A stretch of 42,284 bases of DNA from a virus (lineage: Duplodnaviria; Heunggongvirae; Uroviricota; Caudoviricetes): IMG/VR virus record IMGVR_UViG_2675903409_000014, one strand, 5' to 3'. The notes beneath the pieces are model-generated. The model made no database searches. It was given only the letters and a program-made list of their open reading frames with translations, and was not told where the DNA came from. A program made the position numbers and the translations under genes. Within the stretch, counting starts at the first letter, position 1. Every line of letters starts with the position of its first letter. Positions 28,385 to 38,021 of the stretch are shown here, in pieces.

Positions 28385-29666
28385 TGTGCCTCAGGCGCGA
28401 TTTCTTTCAATGCCCCATAAATTTAAAGCCTATATTGCTGGTTTTGGCTCGGGCAAAACATGGGTTGGGTGTGGCGGCATATGCAAGGGGATTTGGGAGC
28501 ATCCAGGTATAAATCAGGGATATTTTGCGCCAACGTATCCCCAAATTCGCGATATTTTTTACCCTACAGTGGAAGAAGTTGCTGCTGACTGGGGATTGAA
28601 CGTAAAAATTAATGAGGGAAATAAAGAGGTTCACTTTTATTACGGACGCCAGTATCGGGGAACCACTATCTGCAGATCGATGGAGAAGCCACAAACGATC
28701 GTCGGTTTCAAAATTGGTAATGCGTTGGTGGATGAACTGGACATTTTGCCGAAGGAAAAAGCCAGAACGGCGTGGCGCAAGATAATTGCACGTATGCGTT
28801 ATAAGATTGATGGACTTCGCAACGGTATTGACGTTACAACCACGCCGGAAGGATTCAAATTTGTCTACGAGCAGTTTGTTAAAGCCGTGCGTGAAAAAAC
28901 AGAGCTGGCCTCACTGTATGGTCTGGTGCAGGCATCTACTTTCGATAATGAAAAGAACCTGCCAGCAGATTACATTCCTTCGCTTCTTGAATCATACCCT
29001 CCAGAGCTGATTAAAGCCTATCTTCGAGGACAGTTTACTAACCTGACAAGTGGTACTGTTTACCATCAGTTTGACCGGAAACTGAATAATTGCGAAGAAG
29101 TGGAGCAGCCAGGGGAGCCGATTTATATTGGGATGGATTTTAACGTTGGAAAGATGGCGGGAATCGTCCATGTGCTGCGTTTGGGGCTTCCATGTGCGGT
29201 AACTGAAATCATCAATGCCTACGATACGCCGGATATGATCCGCATCATTAAAGAACGCTTCTGGCTGTATGATGGGAATGATTACCGGAAAGTGAGGGAA
29301 ATTTATATTTATCCAGATGCTTCCGGGGATTCCAGAAAATCAAGTAACGCAAGTACGACGGATATAGCCCAGCTTAAGCAGGCTGGTTTTAACGTTGTGG
29401 TGAACAGCTCGAACCCGCCAGTAAAAGATCGCGTTAACTCAATGAATGCAATGTTCTGCAATGCCAATGGTGAGCGTCGCTATAAAGTTAATGTGAAGCG
29501 TTGCCCGTTATATGCCGAATCTCTGGAGCAACAGGTCTGGGATGAGAAGGGGGAGCCTGATAAAAAATCTGGCAATGATCACCCGAATGATGCCGGAGGT
29601 TATTTCATCGTTAAGCAATTCCCTATTGTCAAACCGACCGGAAGAGTCACATCACTTCGGATTTAA
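28365..29666 (+). CDS. Terminase large subunit
   Basis: Walker A AGFGSGKTW near N-terminus; SD aaggag 8 nt upstream of ATG 28365. Confidence 0.85.
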   Translation: MISPTLNVPQARFLSMPHKFKAYIAGFGSGKTWVGCGGICKGIWEHPGINQGYFAPTYPQIRDIFYPTVEEVAADWGLNVKINEGNKEVHFYYGRQYRGTTICRSMEKPQTIVGFKIGNALVDELDILPKEKARTAWRKIIARMRYKIDGLRNGIDVTTTPEGFKFVYEQFVKAVREKTELASLYGLVQASTFDNEKNLPADYIPSLLESYPPELIKAYLRGQFTNLTSGTVYHQFDRKLNNCEEVEQPGEPIYIGMDFNVGKMAGIVHVLRLGLPCAVTEIINAYDTPDMIRIIKERFWLYDGNDYRKVREIYIYPDASGDSRKSSNASTTDIAQLKQAGFNVVVNSSNPPVKDRVNSMNAMFCNANGERRYKVNVKRCPLYAESLEQQVWDEKGEPDKKSGNDHPNDAGGYFIVKQFPIVKPTGRVTSLRI

Positions 29667-29668
29667 TT

Positions 29669-31075
29669 ATGGCTGATATATCAACACCCAACCTCGACTA
29701 TAACGATATGCTGGAGGCGTGGGATATTAACGACGCACTGATGGGCGGTACGCTTGAAATGCGCAGGCAGGGGGAAAATTATCTCCCAAAATGGCCTAAC
29801 GAAGATGAAGACGCTTATAAAAAACGCCTGTCTGTGGCTACGCTACTTCCTGTGTATGAAGAAAGCATCAAGCAAAATATTGGGCGCATATTTGCAGAGC
29901 CGACAGTATTGAGTGAGGAAACGCCGGCAAAAATCAGGGAATATGCAGAAAATATCGACATGGAGGGGAGCCGACTGGATGTGTGGGCGCAGCAATTTTT
30001 CAGCCTCGCATTTCAGTATGGTGTGGCACATGCGCTGGTGGACTATCCACGAACGGATATGAAAGAGATTCGGACAAAAGCCGATGAAAACGCGACCGGT
30101 GGTCGTCCGTACGTTACGATGCTGAATCCACGCCAGGTTATTGGATGGAAATCGAAAGTTGAAAAAGGGAAAGTTGTTCTCACTGATTTGCGTATAAAAG
30201 AGGTCATCATTATTGATGGTGATGATTTCGGGCAGAAGAAGGTGGAGCAGATCCGCCATATTATGCCCCGTCGAGTTGAAATTTATCGACGTAGCGAAGG
30301 CACTAATGGCGAATCTGTCTGGACGCTTCATGAGTCATGGAATACCAGCCGTGATGATATTCCTCTGGTAACACTGTACACGAAGAAAACAGGATTTATG
30401 CGTGGTACACCGCCATTGCTTAATCTTGGCTTGCTGAATATCAAGCACTGGCAAAGCCAGAGCGAGCAGGACAATATTCTTCATGTTGCCCGCGTTCCAT
30501 TGCTGGTGGCCTACGGGCTGGACAGGAATGAAGAACTGACGGTTGGTGCATCCACCGCTACGATTTTTGAGGACAGAACAAAAAATGGCCTCGAATATGT
30601 TGAACATAGTGGCGCAGCGATAGAATCTGGCGAAACATCACTTGAGAAGCTGGAAAATCAGATGCGTCATGCCGGCGCTAAACTTCTGCGTGCTGAAAAT
30701 ACATCCACCAAATCTGTTGATCAGACTAATGAAGAGCGAATGCAGGAAAACTCGCCGCTTTATACAATGGCGAACTCCCTCGAAGATGCCCTCGATAATA
30801 TTCTCCAGATAATGGCGGAATGGATCGGAGAGAGTTGCGGTGGCAATGTGGATGTGCGCACTGAACTGGATGTATCTGCCCAGGTGTTTGACTCATCCTC
30901 CGCGCTGGCTGTTCAGTCATTGCGTCAGGGCGGTGATATACGTCAGATTGATGCGGTTCGGGTGTTGCAGGCGTTGAAATTTATCGATCAGGATTCCCGT
31001 CCAGAGGAAGTGATCGATGAATTAAAAAATCAGAGTGTAATGCTGATGGAAATCAATGATGCAAACCGTGAATGA
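29669..31075 (+). CDS. Portal protein (by position and size)
   Basis: 468-aa ORF immediately after terminase large subunit. Confidence 0.65.
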   Translation: MADISTPNLDYNDMLEAWDINDALMGGTLEMRRQGENYLPKWPNEDEDAYKKRLSVATLLPVYEESIKQNIGRIFAEPTVLSEETPAKIREYAENIDMEGSRLDVWAQQFFSLAFQYGVAHALVDYPRTDMKEIRTKADENATGGRPYVTMLNPRQVIGWKSKVEKGKVVLTDLRIKEVIIIDGDDFGQKKVEQIRHIMPRRVEIYRRSEGTNGESVWTLHESWNTSRDDIPLVTLYTKKTGFMRGTPPLLNLGLLNIKHWQSQSEQDNILHVARVPLLVAYGLDRNEELTVGASTATIFEDRTKNGLEYVEHSGAAIESGETSLEKLENQMRHAGAKLLRAENTSTKSVDQTNEERMQENSPLYTMANSLEDALDNILQIMAEWIGESCGGNVDVRTELDVSAQVFDSSSALAVQSLRQGGDIRQIDAVRVLQALKFIDQDSRPEEVIDELKNQSVMLMEINDANRE

Positions 31076-32171
31076 ACGGCTGCGTGATGAATCAATTGCT
31101 CATGCAGTCTGGATATCCCGCTATAGCACTGGCGTGGCTGCCAGAATGGTGAAAATACTGAATGACAGCGATGCGGAACTTACTGCTCGCCTGCTGATAG
31201 CACTGGACAGCCTCGATCCAGGTAGTTTTACCGTTAAGCGCCTGGAGTCACTTCTGGCGAGCGTCAGAGAGGTTAACCGCACTGCTATTAACAGCATGTT
31301 TACCAGTCTCTCCGGAGAGCTGAACGAGCTGGCAATTTATGAGGCTGGTTATCAGTTAAGTCTGTTTGATTCTATGCTACCTGATTTTGTTGCTGATGTT
31401 CACCCTCTGGTTGGTATCTCTCCTGATGCACTTTATGCCGCTGCAATGGCGCGACCATTCCAGGGACGACTGCTCAGTGAGTGGGCCTCAGATCTTGAGG
31501 CGGATCGGCTCAGACGCATAACAAATACAGTGCGTCAGGGTTTTTTGCTGGGGGATACCAATGAGCAGATCGCAAGAAAAATTCGGGGACATGTCAGTAA
31601 GGGATTTCAGGATGGTGCATTGCAGATGAGCCGGGCTAATGCGGCCAGCATTGCAAAAACAGCGGTTGGACATCTTGCTGCTACTGCCCGTGAGAGTTTT
31701 GCCAGCGCGAATAATGATTTGATTAAGGGTAAGCAATGGTTATCAACGCTTGATAATCGTACTACGCCACAATGTCGAATCAGGGATCGCCTCAAATATA
31801 CGCTGAATAATAAACCTGTAGGTCACAGCGTGCCTTATTTGCAGGGGCCGGGAAAAATTCATTTCTGCTGCCGCTCAACGGAAACGTTCATTCTGAAATC
31901 AGCGAAGGAACTGGGTATTGATGTTCGCGATATTTCCCCGGCTGAGCGGGCCAGCATGGATGGCGTGGTGGCCGGAGATACAACCTACAGGGAATGGTTT
32001 TTGCGTCAGCCTTACACCAGACAAAAACAGATTGTGGGGGAAAGCCGAGCAAAGCTGATTCGGGATGGTGGTATGTCGCCAGATGAATTTTACACCGATA
32101 AAGGCGAATGGCTGACGCTGAAGCAGCTCCGTGAGCGTGATGCACAGGTATTCAGAAAAGCAGGGATTTAA
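31056..32171 (+). CDS. Head morphogenesis protein (SPP1 gp7 / Mu F-like, by position)
   Basis: 371-aa ORF overlapping portal 3' end. Confidence 0.55.
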   Translation: MMQTVNERLRDESIAHAVWISRYSTGVAARMVKILNDSDAELTARLLIALDSLDPGSFTVKRLESLLASVREVNRTAINSMFTSLSGELNELAIYEAGYQLSLFDSMLPDFVADVHPLVGISPDALYAAAMARPFQGRLLSEWASDLEADRLRRITNTVRQGFLLGDTNEQIARKIRGHVSKGFQDGALQMSRANAASIAKTAVGHLAATARESFASANNDLIKGKQWLSTLDNRTTPQCRIRDRLKYTLNNKPVGHSVPYLQGPGKIHFCCRSTETFILKSAKELGIDVRDISPAERASMDGVVAGDTTYREWFLRQPYTRQKQIVGESRAKLIRDGGMSPDEFYTDKGEWLTLKQLRERDAQVFRKAGI

Positions 32172-32190
32172 ATAAATCATTTATTACAAC

Positions 32191-32217
32191 AGGCTACCTT
32201 CGGGTGGCCTTTTTTAT
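32191..32217 (+). terminator. Rho-independent terminator
   Basis: AGGCTACC-ttcg-GGTGGCCT followed by TTTTTT. Confidence 0.65.
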
Positions 32218-32275
32218 TGCTGCGATCCGGATGGTGAGCAGCGTAACTGTCGGAAGACTTAAACCAGGTACTAAT

Positions 32276-33040
32276 ATGAAACTGAAAACGGTCGAGATTA
32301 ACGGAAAACAATACGCAGAAATTGATACTGCTGGCCTGCCAGTTTATGTGCACGACGATGGTAAAGAAATTGGCTTCGATGCACCGCTGGCGACAAAAAA
32401 AATTACAGAGCTTAATGGCGAGGCAAAAAATCATCGCCTGGCTAAAGAAGCTGCAGAGGAAAAACTGGCTAAGTTTGCCGCTATCGAAGACCCGAAGAAG
32501 GCGATCGAGGCACTGGAAATGCTGTCAAAAATCGACCAGAAAAAGCTGCTCGATGCGGGACAGGTTGACCAGGTTAAGGCAGAAATTACGAAAAATTTTC
32601 AGCAGCAATTAGATGAAGAAAAGCAACGCTCTCAGATGCTGGAGAAGCAGCTTTACGATTCTATGATTGGCGGTAGTTTTGCGGGTTCAAAATATATTGC
32701 CGATAAAATTGCGATCCCGGCAGATTTATTACAAGCCCGCTTCGGGCAGGCATTCAAAGTGGAAGAAGGGAGGATCGTTGCTTATGACGCTTCCGGCAAC
32801 AAAATTTATTCCCGCGCGAAGCCTGGCGAACTGGCGCAGTTTGATGAGGCGCTGGAGTTCCTTGTCGAAAATTACCCTCAGAAAGACTACATCCTGAAAG
32901 CCAGTGGCAACAATGGCGGCGGCTCCCGTCCGACACAGCATGATATTGGTCAGAAAACGATGAAACGCTCTGCTTTTGATGCACTGGATGTTGCAGGTAA
33001 GCAAAACGCATTGAAAGACGGTATCACAATCGTTGATTAA
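32276..33040 (+). CDS. Scaffolding protein (putative)
   Basis: 254 aa, charged and alpha-helical-looking; between head morphogenesis and capsid genes; start chosen after the terminator. Confidence 0.5.
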   Translation: MKLKTVEINGKQYAEIDTAGLPVYVHDDGKEIGFDAPLATKKITELNGEAKNHRLAKEAAEEKLAKFAAIEDPKKAIEALEMLSKIDQKKLLDAGQVDQVKAEITKNFQQQLDEEKQRSQMLEKQLYDSMIGGSFAGSKYIADKIAIPADLLQARFGQAFKVEEGRIVAYDASGNKIYSRAKPGELAQFDEALEFLVENYPQKDYILKASGNNGGGSRPTQHDIGQKTMKRSAFDALDVAGKQNALKDGITIVD

Positions 33041-33138
33041 CACATTTGTCAGCTTCCGGATGGGAGCTGGTGTCAGGGCTGGATAGCTCATTACTCCATC
33101 TATTCACAATTACGCAAATTTTTAAGGAATATTTAATT

Positions 33139-34278
33139 ATGGCTGGAAATACCCTGACCGGGTTGATCCCGACTATTTATACCGCCCTGGATGTTGTATC
33201 CCGTGAGCAGGTAGGTTTTATCCCTGCGGTAGCAAAAAACGCAAAAGCTGACGCCGCAGCAAAAGATCAGACGGTAACCGCGCCAGTTGCGCCTGAGGCG
33301 AAAACCGAAGATATCGTACCGGGGCCGTCAGCTCCGAATACCGGTGATCAAAATATTGGCACTGTTGATGTAAAAATTACTAAATCCAAAATGGCACCGG
33401 TTAAATGGAATGGTGAAGAACAACTGGCTCTTGGCCCTTCAGGGACTTACAACACCATTCTGGCTGATCAGTTCAAGCAGGCTTTTCGCGCCCTTGCAAA
33501 CGAGGTTGAGGCTGATCTTGGTGCGTTGTATTTCGGTGCTTCCCGCGCCGTGGGAACCGCAGGGACAACGCCGTTTGGTGTTAAAGATGATCTTTCTGAT
33601 GCTGCTCTGGCTCGTCAGGTTCTGGAGGATAACGGCGCACCGACAACCGATCTGCAGATGGTGCTTGGCTCCACTGCCATTGCTAATTTGCGCGGAAAAC
33701 AGTCTGTATTGTTTAAAGTGAATGAATCCGGCACTGAACAGCTACTGCGTGAGGGCGTGTTGGGGCGTCTGGAGGGATTCAATATTCACAGTTCGGCAGG
33801 TGTGAAACGAGCGCCAAAGGTTGCTGCAACTGGTTATCTCGTGAATGGAGAGAAAAAAGAAGGCGATGTTCTTATTTCCATTGATACTGGTTCGGGGAGT
33901 ATTTCTGCAGGTCAGATTGTTACGTTCGCTGGTGATCCGAATCAGTATGTTGTGGCAGCAGCGACCAGCAATCTGATTACTCTTGCAGCGCCCGGACTGC
34001 GTCAGGATCTGGCCGATGATACTGCCATCACAGTTGTTGGGGCCTTTACTGCAAATATGGCGTTTGATCGCAACGCGTTTCTGCTGGCATCCCGTACTCC
34101 GGCAATGCCGGAAGGTGGCGATAATGCTGATGATGTAATGAATGTTACGGACCCGATTTCAGGGATTACGTTCCAGATTGCACTGTATCGTCAGTATCGC
34201 CAGGTGCGCTATGAAGTTGGACTGGCATGGGGTGTTTCATCAGTGAAGCCGGCACATGGTTGTCTGATTCTTGGTTAA
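33139..34278 (+). CDS. Major capsid protein (putative)
   Basis: 379 aa from MAGNTLTGLIPTIYTALDV...; SD aagga; followed by strong terminator. Confidence 0.6.
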   Translation: MAGNTLTGLIPTIYTALDVVSREQVGFIPAVAKNAKADAAAKDQTVTAPVAPEAKTEDIVPGPSAPNTGDQNIGTVDVKITKSKMAPVKWNGEEQLALGPSGTYNTILADQFKQAFRALANEVEADLGALYFGASRAVGTAGTTPFGVKDDLSDAALARQVLEDNGAPTTDLQMVLGSTAIANLRGKQSVLFKVNESGTEQLLREGVLGRLEGFNIHSSAGVKRAPKVAATGYLVNGEKKEGDVLISIDTGSGSISAGQIVTFAGDPNQYVVAAATSNLITLAAPGLRQDLADDTAITVVGAFTANMAFDRNAFLLASRTPAMPEGGDNADDVMNVTDPISGITFQIALYRQYRQVRYEVGLAWGVSSVKPAHGCLILG

Positions 34279-34287
34279 ACATTCAAA

Positions 34288-34308
34288 CGGGGCTTCGGCC
34301 CCATTTTT
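34288..34308 (+). terminator. Rho-independent terminator after capsid gene
   Basis: GGGGC-ttcg-GCCCC followed by ATTTTT. Confidence 0.75.
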
Positions 34309-34320
34309 AATGGGGGGCAT

Positions 34321-34497
34321 ATGGCCGGATTAACTAAAGAGCAAAGAGCACAGCGTGAAGCCGCACAAAAAACGCAAATTGAGTTAGTGGTTATGGTGAC
34401 CGATTATCAGATGTTTCCCGGCGCACCAACTATCGCTAATGTTCATCCTGATGAAGTTGACAACTGGAAGGCTATGGGCTGGAAAACTCAGGAGTAA
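34321..34497 (+). CDS. Small hypothetical protein (58 aa; absent from ORF track)
   Basis: Hand translation MAGLTKEQRAQREAAQKTQIELVVMVTDYQMFPGAPTIANVHPDEVDNWKAMGWKTQE. Confidence 0.4.
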   Translation: MAGLTKEQRAQREAAQKTQIELVVMVTDYQMFPGAPTIANVHPDEVDNWKAMGWKTQE

Positions 34498-34500
34498 CAC

Positions 34501-34896
34501 ATGATCACTTACGTGACCTGTGATGACGTTGATAATGCGTTTGGGAACGCCTGGACGAGTGAGAACGCTAAAAATAAAGCTGTTTTAATGGCTAATGCCT
34601 GGCTTAATGGCTTCAACCTGAAAATTAACCCATCCCGTATTCCGGAAGAGGTAAAACTTGCGGGAGCATATGCAGCCAGAATTGCCTCATTCGGTAAGTT
34701 GTTTCAGCAGAAAAATGATTCTGGCGTTGTTATCAGTAAAGCCGTGTCGGCTGACGGGGTCAGTGTATCGAAATCATTTTCTGAGTTGCCAGCAAACAGC
34801 ACTGCATTGCTTGAACCCGATTTACAGCTTGCGATAGCACTGCTGAAACCGTACGGACTTAGTCGCTCACAAGTCAGGGTTGTGAGGGGGGGATAA
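34501..34896 (+). CDS. Head-tail connector/adaptor protein (by position)
   Basis: 131-aa ORF with SD aggag. Confidence 0.5.
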   Translation: MITYVTCDDVDNAFGNAWTSENAKNKAVLMANAWLNGFNLKINPSRIPEEVKLAGAYAARIASFGKLFQQKNDSGVVISKAVSADGVSVSKSFSELPANSTALLEPDLQLAIALLKPYGLSRSQVRVVRGG

Positions 34897-35279
34897 TGGG
34901 GCTTCGTGAAGAGATTCAGTCAGAGGTTGCCGCTGCTTTTGATGAGGATTTAGCGGACGCCGTGAGTGATTTTTCTGGTTCTTACGTTACGCACCGGCAC
35001 TGGGATCCTGTGACGGAAACTGGCGGCGAATCAACCGCAATCTATACCGGGCGAGGCGTGTTGACACGTTATAAGCTGGGCAGAATTGATGGGATTAATA
35101 TTTTGCATGGTGACCTTAAATTAACCGCTCTGGTATGCGAGGTTACGGATAAACCAGCTGTCGACCATATTATTGAGATTTATGATCCTGTATCAAGGCA
35201 GTTACAACGATACGAGGTAATTACAGCAAGTGTAGATCCTTCCGCATCAGTTTACTCTATCCAGTTAAGGAGAGCGTAA
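34896..35279 (+). CDS. Head closure or head-tail joining protein (by position)
   Basis: 127-aa ORF; TAATG overlap with previous gene; SD gaggggggg. Confidence 0.5.
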   Translation: MGLREEIQSEVAAAFDEDLADAVSDFSGSYVTHRHWDPVTETGGESTAIYTGRGVLTRYKLGRIDGINILHGDLKLTALVCEVTDKPAVDHIIEIYDPVSRQLQRYEVITASVDPSASVYSIQLRRA

Positions 35280-35660
35280 ATGGCAAAGGCATGGGATATA
35301 GAACCGTCAATATTTGCCGGGATGATTGAGGAAGATGTAGGGCTGAAGATTCGCTACATCGCTATGCAGATTCTTACTGCTATTGATATTGCTGCTCCGG
35401 TTGATACCGGACGTTTCAGAAATAACAACCTGGTGTCGTTACAGCATCCCGATTTTGGTATATCTGATAACGTGGATCCGAACGGTACGATTGCTGTTCA
35501 GCGTGGGATCGGGGTTATTTCGAAAGCTGCAAATTACGGGGTTATTTATATCCAGAATAACCTTCCTTATGCAGAGGCTCTTGAAAACGGTCATTCACAA
35601 CAAGCGCCAACTGGCGTGTATGCCAACGCTTTTCATGGTGTTTTACAGGCTTACAAATGA
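35280..35660 (+). CDS. Tail completion/neck protein (by position)
   Basis: 126-aa ORF with SD aaggag. Confidence 0.5.
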   Translation: MAKAWDIEPSIFAGMIEEDVGLKIRYIAMQILTAIDIAAPVDTGRFRNNNLVSLQHPDFGISDNVDPNGTIAVQRGIGVISKAANYGVIYIQNNLPYAEALENGHSQQAPTGVYANAFHGVLQAYK

Positions 35661-36049
35661 AGTTTACTGAAATCAGAAATACGGTTATTTCCAGAATGAC
35701 GGCACAGACGATTATTGATGGAAAAGACGTATTGTATCCGAACGGGCCAACGTTCGATCCTTCCGGTAAGTTAATCTGGGCGCGGTTAAGTAATATTCCC
35801 GGGCAGGCTGGAGTTAATGAAATTGGCGCGGGGCCGGTTGTTTATCGCACGGGGATAATCATTATTCAGTTATTTGTCCCCGCAGGTTCTGGTTCAAAAC
35901 TCATTACTGAGACAGCCGATAAATTGCGGGAACTGTTTGAGTTTCAGGATGACGATCGTCTCAGTTACCAGGCTGTTTCCTCAATAGCCGTTGGCGAAAA
36001 GAATGGCTGGTTCCAGCTTAATCTTCAAATTCCATATCGCGCGCTCTAG
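35657..36049 (+). CDS. Tail-associated protein (by position)
   Basis: 130-aa ORF; ATGA overlap with previous gene. Confidence 0.5.
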   Translation: MKFTEIRNTVISRMTAQTIIDGKDVLYPNGPTFDPSGKLIWARLSNIPGQAGVNEIGAGPVVYRTGIIIIQLFVPAGSGSKLITETADKLRELFEFQDDDRLSYQAVSSIAVGEKNGWFQLNLQIPYRAL

Positions 36050-36075
36050 CGCAATTAATGACATAGGAGGCTCCT

Positions 36076-37038
36076 GTGAGTTCAGGTGCAAAGGTTATCT
36101 CGGCATTTATCCGGGAGACGGTTGCAGGCACTACGCCAGCAAGTGGTGACTGGAGTTTATTAAAACGCACAAGCTGGGGAGTAAAACCCACCCAGAATAA
36201 AGGCGAAAATAATGAGATTGGTGGCTCCCGGATGGCTCAGGGGGCGACGCCTGGCACTGTGGATGTCGGCGGTGATGTTGGTACCAAATTTCGCTGGGGT
36301 CAACATGATGATTTTCTTGCATCCTGTTTCGGCGCGGAATGGTCAGGCGATTCTCTGACAATGGGGAATGAGCGAATAACATTTTCTCTGGCGACCTATG
36401 CGTCCGATGTCGGAATTGCCTCTGTCGTCAGAGGAGCGCAGGTTGGCTCATGGAAAATGCAGATCCCTAACGACGGCGATATTACAGCGACCGTAACCTT
36501 TGCCGGACTGGACTGGGAATCAAAGGCCGATGATACGAATTTTATCAAAGGCGAACCTGTGGATAGTGCAGGAAAGCTACGTTATTCGTTTAAGGAGGTT
36601 TCAGCAGTAAGCCTGAATGGTGTTGCCGGAGGTAACGGTTTTTGTATCGACAGTTTTGATATTCAGTTCGATAACAAACTCCAGACACAGCGTTGTATCG
36701 GGACTGGCTCGCCTTATGCAGGAGCAAATATTCCGACTACTTTTACACCGTCCGGTACGGTGACGCTTTCATGGTCTAAAGCCGCGTGGGAAATCTGGAG
36801 TAAAACACTGACTGGAGAAACAGTTCCGTTCAGCTTCACGCTTTCGAATGGAGAGGGGGCATACACTTTCAGTTTCCCGAAGGTTCAGGTGTCAGGTGAA
36901 TGGCCTGATGGGGGTAATAGCGACATTATCCAGGTTCAATTGAGCATTACCGCAGCAGATGAAGCACCTACGATAACCAGAAAAAAAAATTCCCCGGCTG
37001 CCGTGATCGCAAAAGCCAGTGCTGAGGCGATTAGTTGA
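36076..37038 (+). CDS. Major tail tube protein (putative)
   Basis: 320 aa; GTG start with SD aggagg; immediately upstream of chaperone G/GT and tape measure. Confidence 0.6.
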   Translation: MSSGAKVISAFIRETVAGTTPASGDWSLLKRTSWGVKPTQNKGENNEIGGSRMAQGATPGTVDVGGDVGTKFRWGQHDDFLASCFGAEWSGDSLTMGNERITFSLATYASDVGIASVVRGAQVGSWKMQIPNDGDITATVTFAGLDWESKADDTNFIKGEPVDSAGKLRYSFKEVSAVSLNGVAGGNGFCIDSFDIQFDNKLQTQRCIGTGSPYAGANIPTTFTPSGTVTLSWSKAAWEIWSKTLTGETVPFSFTLSNGEGAYTFSFPKVQVSGEWPDGGNSDIIQVQLSITAADEAPTITRKKNSPAAVIAKASAEAIS

Positions 37039-37086
37039 TTTTCCGTTATTCCTCCTGTGGTACTGCCCTACAGGGGGACGCATTGA

Positions 37087-37548
37087 ATGAGGTTATGGAT
37101 GTTTATTCTTAATCAGAAAATTATCATTGGTGGAGAACGCTGGTTTACGCCAATGAAGGACTTAAAACCTGTAGACGGGTTAAAACTGTTGGTGGCAAGC
37201 AGCGATAACGATCAGTATCGCTCCCGTAATGCATTAATCCGTCGCCACATTGAGAAAATGGATGCCAGTTTGCACGTCGGAACGAAGGAGTTTGATATTT
37301 CAAAGGTTTCCGAGGTGGATTCTGTTGATGATTTACTCATTGATAATGCCGCTCGTTATCTGCTGAAAGACTGGAAAGGGGTTGGTGAACTGGTTAATGG
37401 TGTTGAGGTTGCACTGGAATATACGGCAGAACGAGGGATCGCGCTGCTTAAGCAGAATCCAGAGTTGTACTGGCAGATCCTTGCAGAAGCAGCCAGCATC
37501 GCCCAGGGTAAAGAGCAGCAGAAGCAGGATACGATAAAAAAGCCATAG
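37087..37548 (+). CDS. Tail assembly chaperone G-like
   Basis: 153-aa ORF ending DTIKKP with slippery A AAA AAG at 37536-37542. Confidence 0.65.
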   Translation: MRLWMFILNQKIIIGGERWFTPMKDLKPVDGLKLLVASSDNDQYRSRNALIRRHIEKMDASLHVGTKEFDISKVSEVDSVDDLLIDNAARYLLKDWKGVGELVNGVEVALEYTAERGIALLKQNPELYWQILAEAASIAQGKEQQKQDTIKKP

Positions 37549-37856
37549 CTGCCCAGCGGTGGTTATCGGAGTTCGGGGGAGAAAGGGGGGAAAAGGCAAG
37601 ATGGAAGCGAGAAAAACTCAGGTTGCCACCGATACCGGAACCAGAAATAGACCCGGTGCTTAAGGAGTTGTTGTACGCCTATTCGGTAATATCCCGTGCC
37701 CGACGTTATGCTGGAATGGCTGGGGTGCCTTTGCCTTTATCTCTGACAGAGATAAATGAATATTTAGCCACTCATCCGGTATTGATTGAGCGCGATGAAT
37801 TTGAAGCAGTGATCTTTGCACTGGATGACCAGTATTTTCAGGAGCAGTGTGTGTAG
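37087..37856 (+). CDS. Tail assembly chaperone GT-like fusion via programmed -1 frameshift
   Basis: The -1 frame from the slippery heptamer is open and joins the 77-aa ORF 37623..37856 with no intervening stop. Confidence 0.55.
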
Positions 37857-37977
37857 TTGTTAATTACGTACACTCTGTTACAGAGATGTGATGGTGTCTT
37901 TAATTAAATCGATGATGCTCCTGGAGAAAAGCATTGCGTGGCCTCGTAATCGCTATATCTACTATTATGTCGCCTGA

Positions 37978-38002
37978 AACCCACTTCGCGGTGGGTTTTT
38001 TG
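37978..38002 (+). terminator. Rho-independent terminator-like hairpin upstream of tape measure gene
   Basis: AACCCAC-ttcgcg-GTGGGTT followed by TTTTTTG. Confidence 0.55.
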
Positions 38003-38021
38003 TTGTCAGGAGTTTTAATAA

